DNA of 63,057 nt, taken from NCBI GenBank assembly GCA_017626595.1, contig JAGAIJ010000086.1, positions 1 through 63,057 on the forward strand, written 5' to 3'. This DNA comes from Clostridia bacterium. GTDB taxonomy: Bacteria; Bacillota; Clostridia; Monoglobales; Monoglobaceae. Positions within the stretch are counted from its first letter, which is position 1; each line of letters starts with the position of its first letter. Made by a program: the position numbers and the translations under genes. This document shows positions 18,830 through 27,181 of this stretch, in pieces. Under the pieces are notes generated by a model, which was given only the letters and a program-made list of their open reading frames with translations, did not search any database and had not been told where the DNA came from.

Positions 18830-19327
18830 TTAGGAAATAGCCTCCCTGTCGTCTTCAGGCAAGCCTGCGTATATAACTCCGTCATTCTTATAACGCTTAA
18901 GCACGAAGTGGGTTGCAGTAGAAATAACAGATTCCATTGGAGCTAAATGCTGGGAAACAAAGAGGGAAATTTCTTTTAAGTTATCCCCTTCAATTGTTAC
19001 GCCGAAGTCATAGCTTCCACTCATAAGGTTTAAAGATGTAACCTGTGGGAACTGGTAAATTCTCTCTGCAATTCTGTCAAAACCGTTTGTCATCTGCGGT
19101 GTAACCTTAAGCTCAATGTACGCTGTAACAGTATTTGAGCCCTTTACATTATCCCAGTTAATCTTTGCGCCATAACCCTTGATTGTGCCGTCCTTTTCAA
19201 GCTCGTCAATAAGCTCCGCGACTGCGACAGTTGTAGTGTTAAGCATTGTGGCTATTTCTTCCACAGACAGTTTACAATTCTTATGAATAATCTTAACTAA
19301 TTCCTGTATTAAAATTTCTTTTTCCAT
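18830..19327 (-). CDS. Lrp/AsnC family transcriptional regulator
   Basis: 165 aa with an N-terminal HTH (SVEEIATMLNTTTVAVAELIDELEKDG) and a C-terminal RAM-like domain. It abuts the aminotransferase start. Confidence 0.85.
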   Translation of the reverse strand: MEKEILIQELVKIIHKNCKLSVEEIATMLNTTTVAVAELIDELEKDGTIKGYGAKINWDNVKGSNTVTAYIELKVTPQMTNGFDRIAERIYQFPQVTSLNLMSGSYDFGVTIEGDNLKEISLFVSQHLAPMESVISTATHFVLKRYKNDGVIYAGLPEDDREAIS

Positions 19328-19393
19328 TTTCGCAGTCTCCTTTGCTTTTTATCTATTCCTTATTTTACCACACTTATTTCTCTCCGTCAACAA

Positions 19394-19423
19394 TAAAAAA
19401 GCGCAGGTATTTCTACCTGCGCC
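19394..19423 (-). terminator. Terminator after the dockerin protein gene
   Basis: The minus strand reads aaggcgcaggta gaaa tacctgcgc tttttt. Confidence 0.7.
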
Positions 19424-19436
19424 TTATATTTAGTTT

Positions 19437-22400
19437 TTATTCAAATACGTTAACCTTTACCTTTGAACCAACTGTGTAGTCTCCGTAAACGCCTGATACT
19501 CTGTCTCTTACATATCTGTTAATAATCATAAGGTCATTTACACCGATTGAACGGTTGATATCTAAGTCAGCCCAGTATATATCTTCACCAAATTCTTCAC
19601 CAACTGGGTAAAGGGAATTTGTTACTTCAACATTCATAAGGTAGTCTCTGATAACGAAGATATCGGCAGCACTAAGTGAACCTTCGCCTGTAGTATCACC
19701 CCAGTAGAATTCAATGTATGCGCCTGATTCCTTAGGAATCGCAGTATATCTTGCAACAAGTGTTATTGATTCTGTTACAACAAATGTATTTATGTCAATT
19801 GCCTCTCCAGCTTCAGTTTCCCAACATTCGAATTCGTAGTTATAATCATCATCTGAAGCCTTTCCAGGTGCATTTACAACCGGAAGCTTACTTCCGTATG
19901 CGATGCTTCTTGTTGAAACTGTTCTGCCTTCGCTTGTAAATCTTACACTGAATAATGCAGCACTTTCAGCAAAGTGTGGATATACCATCATATCTTCTGT
20001 TACATTATTAACTGTATTTGCAGTACCAAGGAGATTTCCTTCAGCATCTGCCCAGCCGTCAAATTCATAAGTTACGATACCGTTACTTTCCTTTGTAACA
20101 GGATCACCTGCGTAAACTGCATTCTTGCCGTCCATTACAATAGCCATATAAAGCTCTGTTTCAGACACGCCGTCAATATATTCACTCATAAATCTTACAA
20201 CATGAGCACCCTCAGGAACAAGGATATTTGTCTTAACATTGTCAATGCTGTATCTTGAAGAACCGTTAGCCATTGTAAATTCAACAACTGCAGGAACTCC
20301 GGCACCGGCTTCATATGTGAAGTCTCTCATAAATTCACCGTTTAAGTAAAGGTCAACCTTTTCTTTTTCTGTATCAATAAAGTATTCAACATTATTCCAG
20401 TTTGTGTTATTAGCAAACTTAACCCATGTTGAAGATGCATAGTCATAAATTGCAAAGCCTAAGTTATCCTTGTTTGTAGCAACAGCCTTTACAATATACT
20501 TTCCGTTTGCATCAAGGATTGAACCGAAGGAATCAGTATCAATTGTACCGTATGTTGAAACCTTAAAGTCATAACCTACGTTAACAATACTACCTACCGT
20601 AACATCACCTATATAAGCCTTAAAGCCTTCTCCTGACATTGAGAGACCTGTATCATCTGTAAATACGATTGAACCTGTTGCAGTGTCTTCAGAAAGTCTA
20701 ACCGCACCTGAAGATGTAACAGAAATCTTTTCAAATCCTGTTGTTTCTGTTTCGCCGTAAACATCATCGTAGTTGCCTGCAGGAATAGCACCTGTATATC
20801 CGCCAATAAGCTTTGAGCCTATTGTTTCAAAATCTTCAACTGCACTTCCTGCGATTGTAGCGAAGAGCGGATGTGCAGTCATATCCCCTGTAACTTCGTG
20901 GAAGCTCATTGCTTCGCCTGTTTCGTCAACCCAGCCTACAAACATTGTATCTTCTGTATCAGGGAGAACAGGTACATCGTAAGATGCGCCATATTCAACC
21001 GCTTCCTGGCTTAAGATTGAACCATCCTTATTATATAATGTAACAACCGGTTTCTTAACATACTTAGCATAAACAACTATACTTTCAGTAATAGATGAAA
21101 GGTCAGCCTCTGTGCCGTCTTCCTTATACCAGCCTGCGAATGAGTATCCTTCAGGAACTTCTGTCTTATAGCTTGCGGATGCACCGTAGTCAACTGTTAA
21201 TGTTCTGAGAGGTGTAGCCTCAGGCACCCATGTTTCAGGGTCTGTATTTGTATCTTTTACAACATCATAGAATGTAACAGACTGTTTACTTTCAAAGTGT
21301 GAATAAACTGTTGCGTTAGCGTTAAGCTTTAAGAGTGTTGTTTCTGTACCTGTGTGGTTTGGACCTGAGAGCCAGTTAACAAAAGTATGTCCGCTGATTT
21401 CAGGGCTCTTGATATAAGCACAGTTATTACCCTTGATTACCTGCTTTGTTCCGTAAATCTTTGAAGCATCGTCGTTATAGAATGTAACAGTAACTCTGTC
21501 CTTCATAACAACATTTTCTTCCTGTGCCTTAACTGTTACGTTTGCAAGAGCAAACTTTGAGTTCTGGCCTGCGTTCTGGTTTGTCTGATATGTTCTGAAC
21601 TGGAGTTTATCAAAGGATTCAGCAACAACGTTATTGAATGTAAATGTATCTCCAACCTTAACATCATCAAAATAAACATCGTATGTTCTTTCATCTACAT
21701 TGATAACATATTCAACGTGATGCCATCTTCCGTCTGCAAAAGTACTTGCTAATGTTGTATATACGTTTCCTGTTGCCTTGTTTGCAAGATTACCCTTTGC
21801 TTCTACAATAGCAACAGCTTCCTGGTTCGCAGGAGTTAAAAGTGTACCGAAAGCTGCATTATTATTACTTCCCTTTGTAGCAAGGAAGTCATATGAAACT
21901 TTGGCTGTACCGCTTATAACTTCATCAAACATAAAGTAAATGTTTGATGCCTCTGAAACTGCGTACTTATTGAGAGATTCGTTTCTTGTTGTCTGTGTCC
22001 AGTCAACATAGAGAACATCGTCTTTACCTGCATAAGTATCATAATATGTAAAGATGCCAGGCACGTTAAACAAGCTGTCTGTTATAGCGATATCCATATC
22101 AGAATCACTGTCAACAGCCTTATTCTTGTAGTCTATAACAAGATTTTCAAACTCTTCATTCATATAGTATGAATAGTTTGCAGCATCAGGGTCTTCAGCC
22201 TCTGGCTCTTCGATAAGATTAAGAGTAATCTCTTCAGGAGCTTCGTTTGTACCGCCTACTTTAATTGTAAGCTCGCTTGTTTCTCCCTCACCTTCACCGA
22301 CTGTCATATTTTCAGGGAGCTTGAATGAAAAGCTTCCGTCATATTCCTCCTGGTCGATATAGGCGGCCTTGTCACCGTCGTTTGAGTCAACTGCGTAAAT

Positions 22401-22550
22401 TGTAGCATCATCATTTTCTACATAGTAGCCGACTGTAACTACGCCGTTCTTATACTTGGCATTTGTAATACTTGCGCCAAATACTGTGGTTGTAAGCATT
22501 GCAAAGCAAAGTACTAAACATCCGATTCTTTTAAGTGTAGAGATTTTCAT
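19437..22550 (-). CDS. Large secreted dockerin-bearing protein with two lectin/LamG-like modules and five Listeria-Bacteroides type (Flg_new-like) B-repeats; no recognisable catalytic domain
   Basis: Signal peptide MKISTLKRIGCLVLCFAMLTTTVFGA. The repeats have the V.F...G......V..G........P...G..F.GW pattern. The C-terminal dockerin-like duplicated segments are GDTTGEGSLSAADIFVIRDYL and ADLDINRSIGVNDLMIINRYV. Confidence 0.7.
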   Translation of the reverse strand: MKISTLKRIGCLVLCFAMLTTTVFGASITNAKYKNGVVTVGYYVENDDATIYAVDSNDGDKAAYIDQEEYDGSFSFKLPENMTVGEGEGETSELTIKVGGTNEAPEEITLNLIEEPEAEDPDAANYSYYMNEEFENLVIDYKNKAVDSDSDMDIAITDSLFNVPGIFTYYDTYAGKDDVLYVDWTQTTRNESLNKYAVSEASNIYFMFDEVISGTAKVSYDFLATKGSNNNAAFGTLLTPANQEAVAIVEAKGNLANKATGNVYTTLASTFADGRWHHVEYVINVDERTYDVYFDDVKVGDTFTFNNVVAESFDKLQFRTYQTNQNAGQNSKFALANVTVKAQEENVVMKDRVTVTFYNDDASKIYGTKQVIKGNNCAYIKSPEISGHTFVNWLSGPNHTGTETTLLKLNANATVYSHFESKQSVTFYDVVKDTNTDPETWVPEATPLRTLTVDYGASASYKTEVPEGYSFAGWYKEDGTEADLSSITESIVVYAKYVKKPVVTLYNKDGSILSQEAVEYGASYDVPVLPDTEDTMFVGWVDETGEAMSFHEVTGDMTAHPLFATIAGSAVEDFETIGSKLIGGYTGAIPAGNYDDVYGETETTGFEKISVTSSGAVRLSEDTATGSIVFTDDTGLSMSGEGFKAYIGDVTVGSIVNVGYDFKVSTYGTIDTDSFGSILDANGKYIVKAVATNKDNLGFAIYDYASSTWVKFANNTNWNNVEYFIDTEKEKVDLYLNGEFMRDFTYEAGAGVPAVVEFTMANGSSRYSIDNVKTNILVPEGAHVVRFMSEYIDGVSETELYMAIVMDGKNAVYAGDPVTKESNGIVTYEFDGWADAEGNLLGTANTVNNVTEDMMVYPHFAESAALFSVRFTSEGRTVSTRSIAYGSKLPVVNAPGKASDDDYNYEFECWETEAGEAIDINTFVVTESITLVARYTAIPKESGAYIEFYWGDTTGEGSLSAADIFVIRDYLMNVEVTNSLYPVGEEFGEDIYWADLDINRSIGVNDLMIINRYVRDRVSGVYGDYTVGSKVKVNVFE
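19500..19700 (-). other. Dockerin-like module (two Ca-binding loop/helix segments) at the C-terminus of the 1037-aa protein
   Basis: The translated segment GDTTGEGSLSAADIFVIRDYLM ... ADLDINRSIGVNDLMIINRYVR follows the D.(N/D).(D/N)G..(S/N)..D...(L/I)..(Y/H)(L/V) pattern only loosely. Confidence 0.55.
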
Positions 22551-22702
22551 AAGTCATCCTCCATTTTACTTTATGTCTTAAAGACTGAATTTTCCGAATC
22601 AATCAGCCCTGATAATATACAAAACAGGCATTATGATACCTATACAGTATTATAAAGGATTTTTTCAACTTTGTCAATACATCGCCCTTGTTTAATTTGC
22701 AC

Positions 22703-22746
22703 AAAAAAAAGACGCTGTTTGTGTTAAAAACAACCAAACAGCGTCT
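22703..22746 (-). terminator. Terminator after the small membrane protein gene
   Basis: Stem agacgctgtttg ... caaacagcgtct, with a run of 8 T on the minus strand. Confidence 0.7.
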
Positions 22747-22749
22747 TTC

Positions 22750-22965
22750 CTATCCTACGCAGGCTCTCTTTCTTTTACTCACCTTGGTTTCTGCAAGAAA
22801 CTGGCAAATTCTTTTTCCAACCATTCCGAAAATTACCAGACCGCCTCCAAAAAATACATTTTTAAGGATGTAACTCATTTCAAGAGGTTCAATATCTGAC
22901 GAACCCATTATTCCGAAAATTATTACTACACCTGCAAAGATAAATACATTAAAAAAGTTTTTCAT
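22750..22965 (-). CDS. Small two-TM membrane protein of unknown function
   Basis: 71 aa with two hydrophobic helices and a basic C-terminal tail. It has an AGGAAAGG RBS and its own terminator. Confidence 0.5.
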   Translation of the reverse strand: MKNFFNVFIFAGVVIIFGIMGSSDIEPLEMSYILKNVFFGGGLVIFGMVGKRICQFLAETKVSKRKRACVG

Positions 22966-23074
22966 TACGCATACCGCCTTTCCTTGGCTTAAGCATATCA
23001 GGGTATGTGTCCAATAAATTACCCTTGTGGCGCAGAATTTTCCGACATAAAAAAAAAGGCATAAAGCCTCTTTT

Positions 23075-25024
23075 TTATTTCATTATTTCAATTAACTTTT
23101 CTGCTATAACCTTTGCGCCTTTGTCCGATGGATGAACGTAATCCGAAAGGAGTTCTCTGTCCTCAAAGCACATCTGCGGAGACAGAATCTCCTCTCCGTT
23201 TATCACAGTAATTCCCTCGTACTTTGACACAACTTCCTTTATAATTTCTCTTACTACTTGTACCTTTTTATAGTCTCTGTCAAAGGCTGTGAGAGGTGTC
23301 ATTACATAAATCTTTGAGTCAGGGAAAGTTTTCAAAAGCTTTTCGTAATACTTTTCAACCTTTCCCTTAAGGTTTTCTTCCATATTACTCTGGAAGACCT
23401 CATTTACTCCCATAGCAACGAAAACTATTTCAGGGTCAGCTTCCCCAATTTCATCAATTGTTCTTTCGTCGTGGGTATAGCTTGCAACGCCCTGATTATA
23501 GAGAGTCATATCAAGAGCTTCGGCAACAATCTGCGGATAGGTCTTTGAAATGTTTGCAATACCGATACCCTCTGTTATAGAGTCGCCGAGGAACAGAATT
23601 TCCTCTTTTTCAGGAACAGTTTCAAAAAGTTTTCCCTTTTCAACTGTGAAATTCTTAATTCCCATCTGCGAGTTAGGGAAATAAATTTCAACCTTATGCT
23701 TTCCACCGTCCAAAGAGTGGTAATAAACTCCGCTTATAAAATCAGTTTCAAAGTTAAGTCCGCCTTGCTTTTCTCCGTCAACATAAACCTCACAGGAATT
23801 TCCTGTTACATAACCTGCATTATAGTCAAAGGCGAAATATTTGCTGTCAGTTTCAAACACAAGCTTTATGCCTGTTGTACGGCGTGGCTGGTAAACAAAG
23901 CCCATTTCCTCAAAGCTTTTTACCTGTGCCTTGTTGAATCTTCTTGGGACAAGATATTCTTCCTCAACAATAAATTCAACCTCTCCGTGGAAAGCTGTCT
24001 TTAACTTTTCATCCTTAATCTTCTCTCCGTCGGCAGGAATTTTTGCATCTGTCTTAAAAGGCTTATGATTTTCAGAAAGGGAAATAAAGCTTGCGTTCAG
24101 TTCATCTTTCTTCTCAATAACTGCAATTCCGCTTTCCACAAATATCTCTTTCGGAATATAGAATCTTCCGTCTTTTTGTATTCCGCCGTCAAAGGTCTTG
24201 TCCCCTATCTTTATTTCATTTTGGGACACATAAATTACATCTGTCCCAAGGCTCACTTTGGCTGTGTCAGTTTTTTCCTCGTAGCTTATCTCTGCGCCAA
24301 GGTCTTCGGCAACTGCTCTTAAAGGGAGAAGTCCCCCGTTAAGTGTATAAACGCTTTTCTCTGTAAGGCAGATTTCCCCGACCTCATTTTTGCAAAGAAC
24401 GGCTGTTCCGTAGTTTGCTGTAGTGAGCCAGCCGTTGCCTGTTGTATCCTTAAAGCAGGCTGCACTTCGTCTTTCTCCATCACGTCTGTCGCTTATGATA
24501 AAGTCAAGACCGATTATGTCTCCCGCCTTGTGTTCCTCCTTAAAGGCAATAAACACTTCAGCGTTATAGCCTGTTTTGGTCTGTTTTACCTTGCCCTGCA
24601 TAAATTCAGCGGAGGCACTGAGCCCAAAGGACATTTCTCCGTCAAGACCTATTCTGTACTGTCCGTCGTTTTGGTCAACTGCAGTATTTCTTGGATTATC
24701 CTCGTCTATATAATACTCAATATTATCGTTATCCCAAGGGTTTACACCGTCAGTTTCCTTTGTCTTTTCAACTACTTCGGCGAAAATATAAATTCCCTTT
24801 TCGTTCCAGAGAGCATAGAATTCTCCGTAGCTTCCTGTACCTGTGAAGATACTGCTGAATTTTTTAACATTTATGGTTTTGCCTAAGGTATACGCCTCAT
24901 CCATTACTCCGTCAATCTTTGCCTCTCCGTATGGAATTGCAATAGTTTCGGGAGCTGCGTTTACTGTTACAGCAAGGGATAAAAGTATCCCCAAAGTCAG
25001 AAAAACAGTCAAAATCTTTTTCAT
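23075..25024 (-). CDS. Secreted multidomain esterase: CBM9/DOMON-like module, copper-amine-oxidase-N-like stalk, beta-sandwich, SGNH (GDSL) hydrolase (CE2-like layout)
   Basis: Signal peptide MKKILTVFLTLGILLSLAVTVNA/AP. The CBM9-like region is IDGVMDEAY...ALWNEKGIYIFAEV...PWDNDNIEYYID. SGNH block I is FLGDSITEG and block V is DYVHPSDKG. Confidence 0.7.
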   Translation of the reverse strand: MKKILTVFLTLGILLSLAVTVNAAPETIAIPYGEAKIDGVMDEAYTLGKTINVKKFSSIFTGTGSYGEFYALWNEKGIYIFAEVVEKTKETDGVNPWDNDNIEYYIDEDNPRNTAVDQNDGQYRIGLDGEMSFGLSASAEFMQGKVKQTKTGYNAEVFIAFKEEHKAGDIIGLDFIISDRRDGERRSAACFKDTTGNGWLTTANYGTAVLCKNEVGEICLTEKSVYTLNGGLLPLRAVAEDLGAEISYEEKTDTAKVSLGTDVIYVSQNEIKIGDKTFDGGIQKDGRFYIPKEIFVESGIAVIEKKDELNASFISLSENHKPFKTDAKIPADGEKIKDEKLKTAFHGEVEFIVEEEYLVPRRFNKAQVKSFEEMGFVYQPRRTTGIKLVFETDSKYFAFDYNAGYVTGNSCEVYVDGEKQGGLNFETDFISGVYYHSLDGGKHKVEIYFPNSQMGIKNFTVEKGKLFETVPEKEEILFLGDSITEGIGIANISKTYPQIVAEALDMTLYNQGVASYTHDERTIDEIGEADPEIVFVAMGVNEVFQSNMEENLKGKVEKYYEKLLKTFPDSKIYVMTPLTAFDRDYKKVQVVREIIKEVVSKYEGITVINGEEILSPQMCFEDRELLSDYVHPSDKGAKVIAEKLIEIMK

Positions 25025-25033
25025 AAGAACACC

Positions 25034-26545
25034 TTATTTCTTCATTGTACTTATAACTCTTACAGCCTCGATATGATAACCGAAGTTATTAGGGTGGACA
25101 CCGTCTGCAAAATATTTTACATCGTGCGGAAGGGTTTTGTCCCCCTCGATAATCTGCATATAGTCAAATCTTGATGCACTCTTTATGATTTTTGCCTTTG
25201 CAGTAAGCACCTGTTCATCTGTGTGAACTGATGTCCATCTTGGAGTTATAATATAAATTTCCTTATCTCCGAAAAGTTTATCAAGCTTTTCGTGGTATTC
25301 TCTTACCTTTTCCTCAAAATTTTCTCTTCCCTGGTCGTTTATTCCCATGGCAAGAAGAATTACATCAGGAGCTACCTCAGGCATTTCAATATAATTTGCA
25401 TCATGACCGTAGCCTGAAATTGCCTGATTTAAAACCTCATAATCCATTTCTCTTGCAACAATATTTGCATAACACATTGAAGATGTTGTTGCGCCTGCGC
25501 CCTCTGTTATAGAGTCTCCAAGGAATAAAATCTTCTTCTTATACTGATGCTTTTCGAAAACGGCATCCTTTTCAATGGCAAGATTTCTTAAAAAGCCTCT
25601 TGACTGGTTGGAGTAGTAAATCTGCACATTGTGCATTTCTCCGTCAAGGTTAAGCTTAAAGAATGTAACCTCATCAAGTGTTACAGCATTTATACTCTTC
25701 GCCATTACTCCGTCAACATAAAAATCAAAGCTTGTGTCTCCGCTTTCGTAGTCATTAAAAAGCTCCATTGCAACAAACTTTGAGTTTGTGTGGAAATTAA
25801 GGGAAACACCTGATGTTCTCTGCCATAATCCGTTGTAGCCGTTTAACACTTCAACCTGTCTTGGAGTTACTCTTTCAAAAACAGGGAAACCGTTCTTTTC
25901 GTAGGCCTTAACATAGCCTGTTGCAAGGTCTATAATCTCCTGATTTGAGAAAACTCTCAACTTTTCCTGCATTAAGGACATATCCCCCGAGAGCATAATT
26001 GTTCCATAGTTTTCAGTTGTAAGCCAGCCGTTTACAGAGTTATCAACCCAGGCTGCAACAGAGCGTCTTGCACCGTCGCGTCTGTCGTTTACAAGAATAT
26101 CAAAGCCCATTACGTGACCGATTTCTTTCTTAGTTTCAAACTTAATATAGGCATCAACTGTGTAGCCATCTTCTGTCATCTTTGCAATTGCTGTGATATT
26201 TTCTTCCTTTGCCTTAAGACCTAAAGAAATTTCTCCGTCAGCACCAACTCTGTACTGTCCGTCTCCGTCTTTTGTCTGGGCTGACTTGGAATTATCCTCG
26301 TTTATAAAAATTTCAAAAGAGTCATTATCCCAAGGCTGTGCACCGTCAACTGAAACATTTTCCTTTTCACATTCAGCAAAAATGTAAAGGCCTTCTTCGT
26401 CCCACATAAGTGAGGCTTTAGCTGTGTTTCCAAAGGCTTCAAATGCCTTTACAAACTTGGCAATCTCAATTTCATTTGCCTTTTCATAACCCTTTTTTGT
26501 TCCATCTATTGTCTTTTTTCCATAAGGAACTCTTAAAATACTCAT
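25034..26545 (-). CDS. Paralog of the previous gene without a signal peptide or stalk: CBM9-like module, beta-sandwich, SGNH hydrolase (CE2-like)
   Basis: 503 aa starting MSILRVPYGKKTIDG. Motifs are PWDNDSFEIFINED, FLGDSITEGAG and DGVHPNNFG. The start overlaps the rex stop (ATGA). Confidence 0.7.
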   Translation of the reverse strand: MSILRVPYGKKTIDGTKKGYEKANEIEIAKFVKAFEAFGNTAKASLMWDEEGLYIFAECEKENVSVDGAQPWDNDSFEIFINEDNSKSAQTKDGDGQYRVGADGEISLGLKAKEENITAIAKMTEDGYTVDAYIKFETKKEIGHVMGFDILVNDRRDGARRSVAAWVDNSVNGWLTTENYGTIMLSGDMSLMQEKLRVFSNQEIIDLATGYVKAYEKNGFPVFERVTPRQVEVLNGYNGLWQRTSGVSLNFHTNSKFVAMELFNDYESGDTSFDFYVDGVMAKSINAVTLDEVTFFKLNLDGEMHNVQIYYSNQSRGFLRNLAIEKDAVFEKHQYKKKILFLGDSITEGAGATTSSMCYANIVAREMDYEVLNQAISGYGHDANYIEMPEVAPDVILLAMGINDQGRENFEEKVREYHEKLDKLFGDKEIYIITPRWTSVHTDEQVLTAKAKIIKSASRFDYMQIIEGDKTLPHDVKYFADGVHPNNFGYHIEAVRVISTMKK

Positions 26546-27168
26546 ATTTTTTCTCCCATTTTGTAAGATAATCTCATTAAGCTGTCGCCTAAGTGGATAT
26601 TTTCAACCACAATATCCTCTGCATCCTCAACTTCAGCGTGGGTAAAGTTTAAGAAAGCCTTTATGCCCGCATTTTTAAGGCGGAACACAACCTGATTTAC
26701 CCCTGCTTTCGGGATTGCAACGATTGCCATTTCAGGCTTGTTTTCTTCTATAAACTTTTCCACTTCTTCAAAATCGGATACAACTATATCTCCCACAGTC
26801 TGTCCGATTTTTTCAGGGTCATTGTCAAAAATTCCTGTAAGATGAAAGCCCCTCTTCTCAAAGGTAATATTAAGAGCAAAGGCTCTTCCTATATTACCTG
26901 CACCGATTAAAATTGCAGAACGCTGTCTGTCAATTCCCAAAATCTTCCCGATGCTTTCCTTAAGGCTTTCCACCTTATAGCCGTAGCCCTGCTGTCCGAA
27001 ACCGCCGAAGCAGTTAAAATCCTGTCTGACTTGTGAGGCTGTAAGTCCCATTTTTTCACTTAAGGTCTTTGAGGATATTCTGTCAACACCCTCTTTAATC
27101 AATTCATCAAGATATCTGTAATATCTCGGCAAACGGTTTATTACAGATTCTGATACCTTTTTTTCCAT
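26542..27168 (-). CDS. rex: Redox-sensing transcriptional repressor Rex
   Basis: RLPRYYRYL, ISSKTLSEKMGLTASQVRQDF..FG.FG..G.GY and the Rossmann motif LIGAGNIG. Confidence 0.9.
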   Translation of the reverse strand: MEKKVSESVINRLPRYYRYLDELIKEGVDRISSKTLSEKMGLTASQVRQDFNCFGGFGQQGYGYKVESLKESIGKILGIDRQRSAILIGAGNIGRAFALNITFEKRGFHLTGIFDNDPEKIGQTVGDIVVSDFEEVEKFIEENKPEMAIVAIPKAGVNQVVFRLKNAGIKAFLNFTHAEVEDAEDIVVENIHLGDSLMRLSYKMGEKI

Positions 27169-27181
27169 ATTACACCTCGAA

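Noticed and set aside
23049-23077. A terminator after the 649-aa esterase gene
   Set aside because: There is only a 4-bp GC core (aggc/gcct) extended by A/T runs. This is too weak to call confidently, although termination here is plausible.
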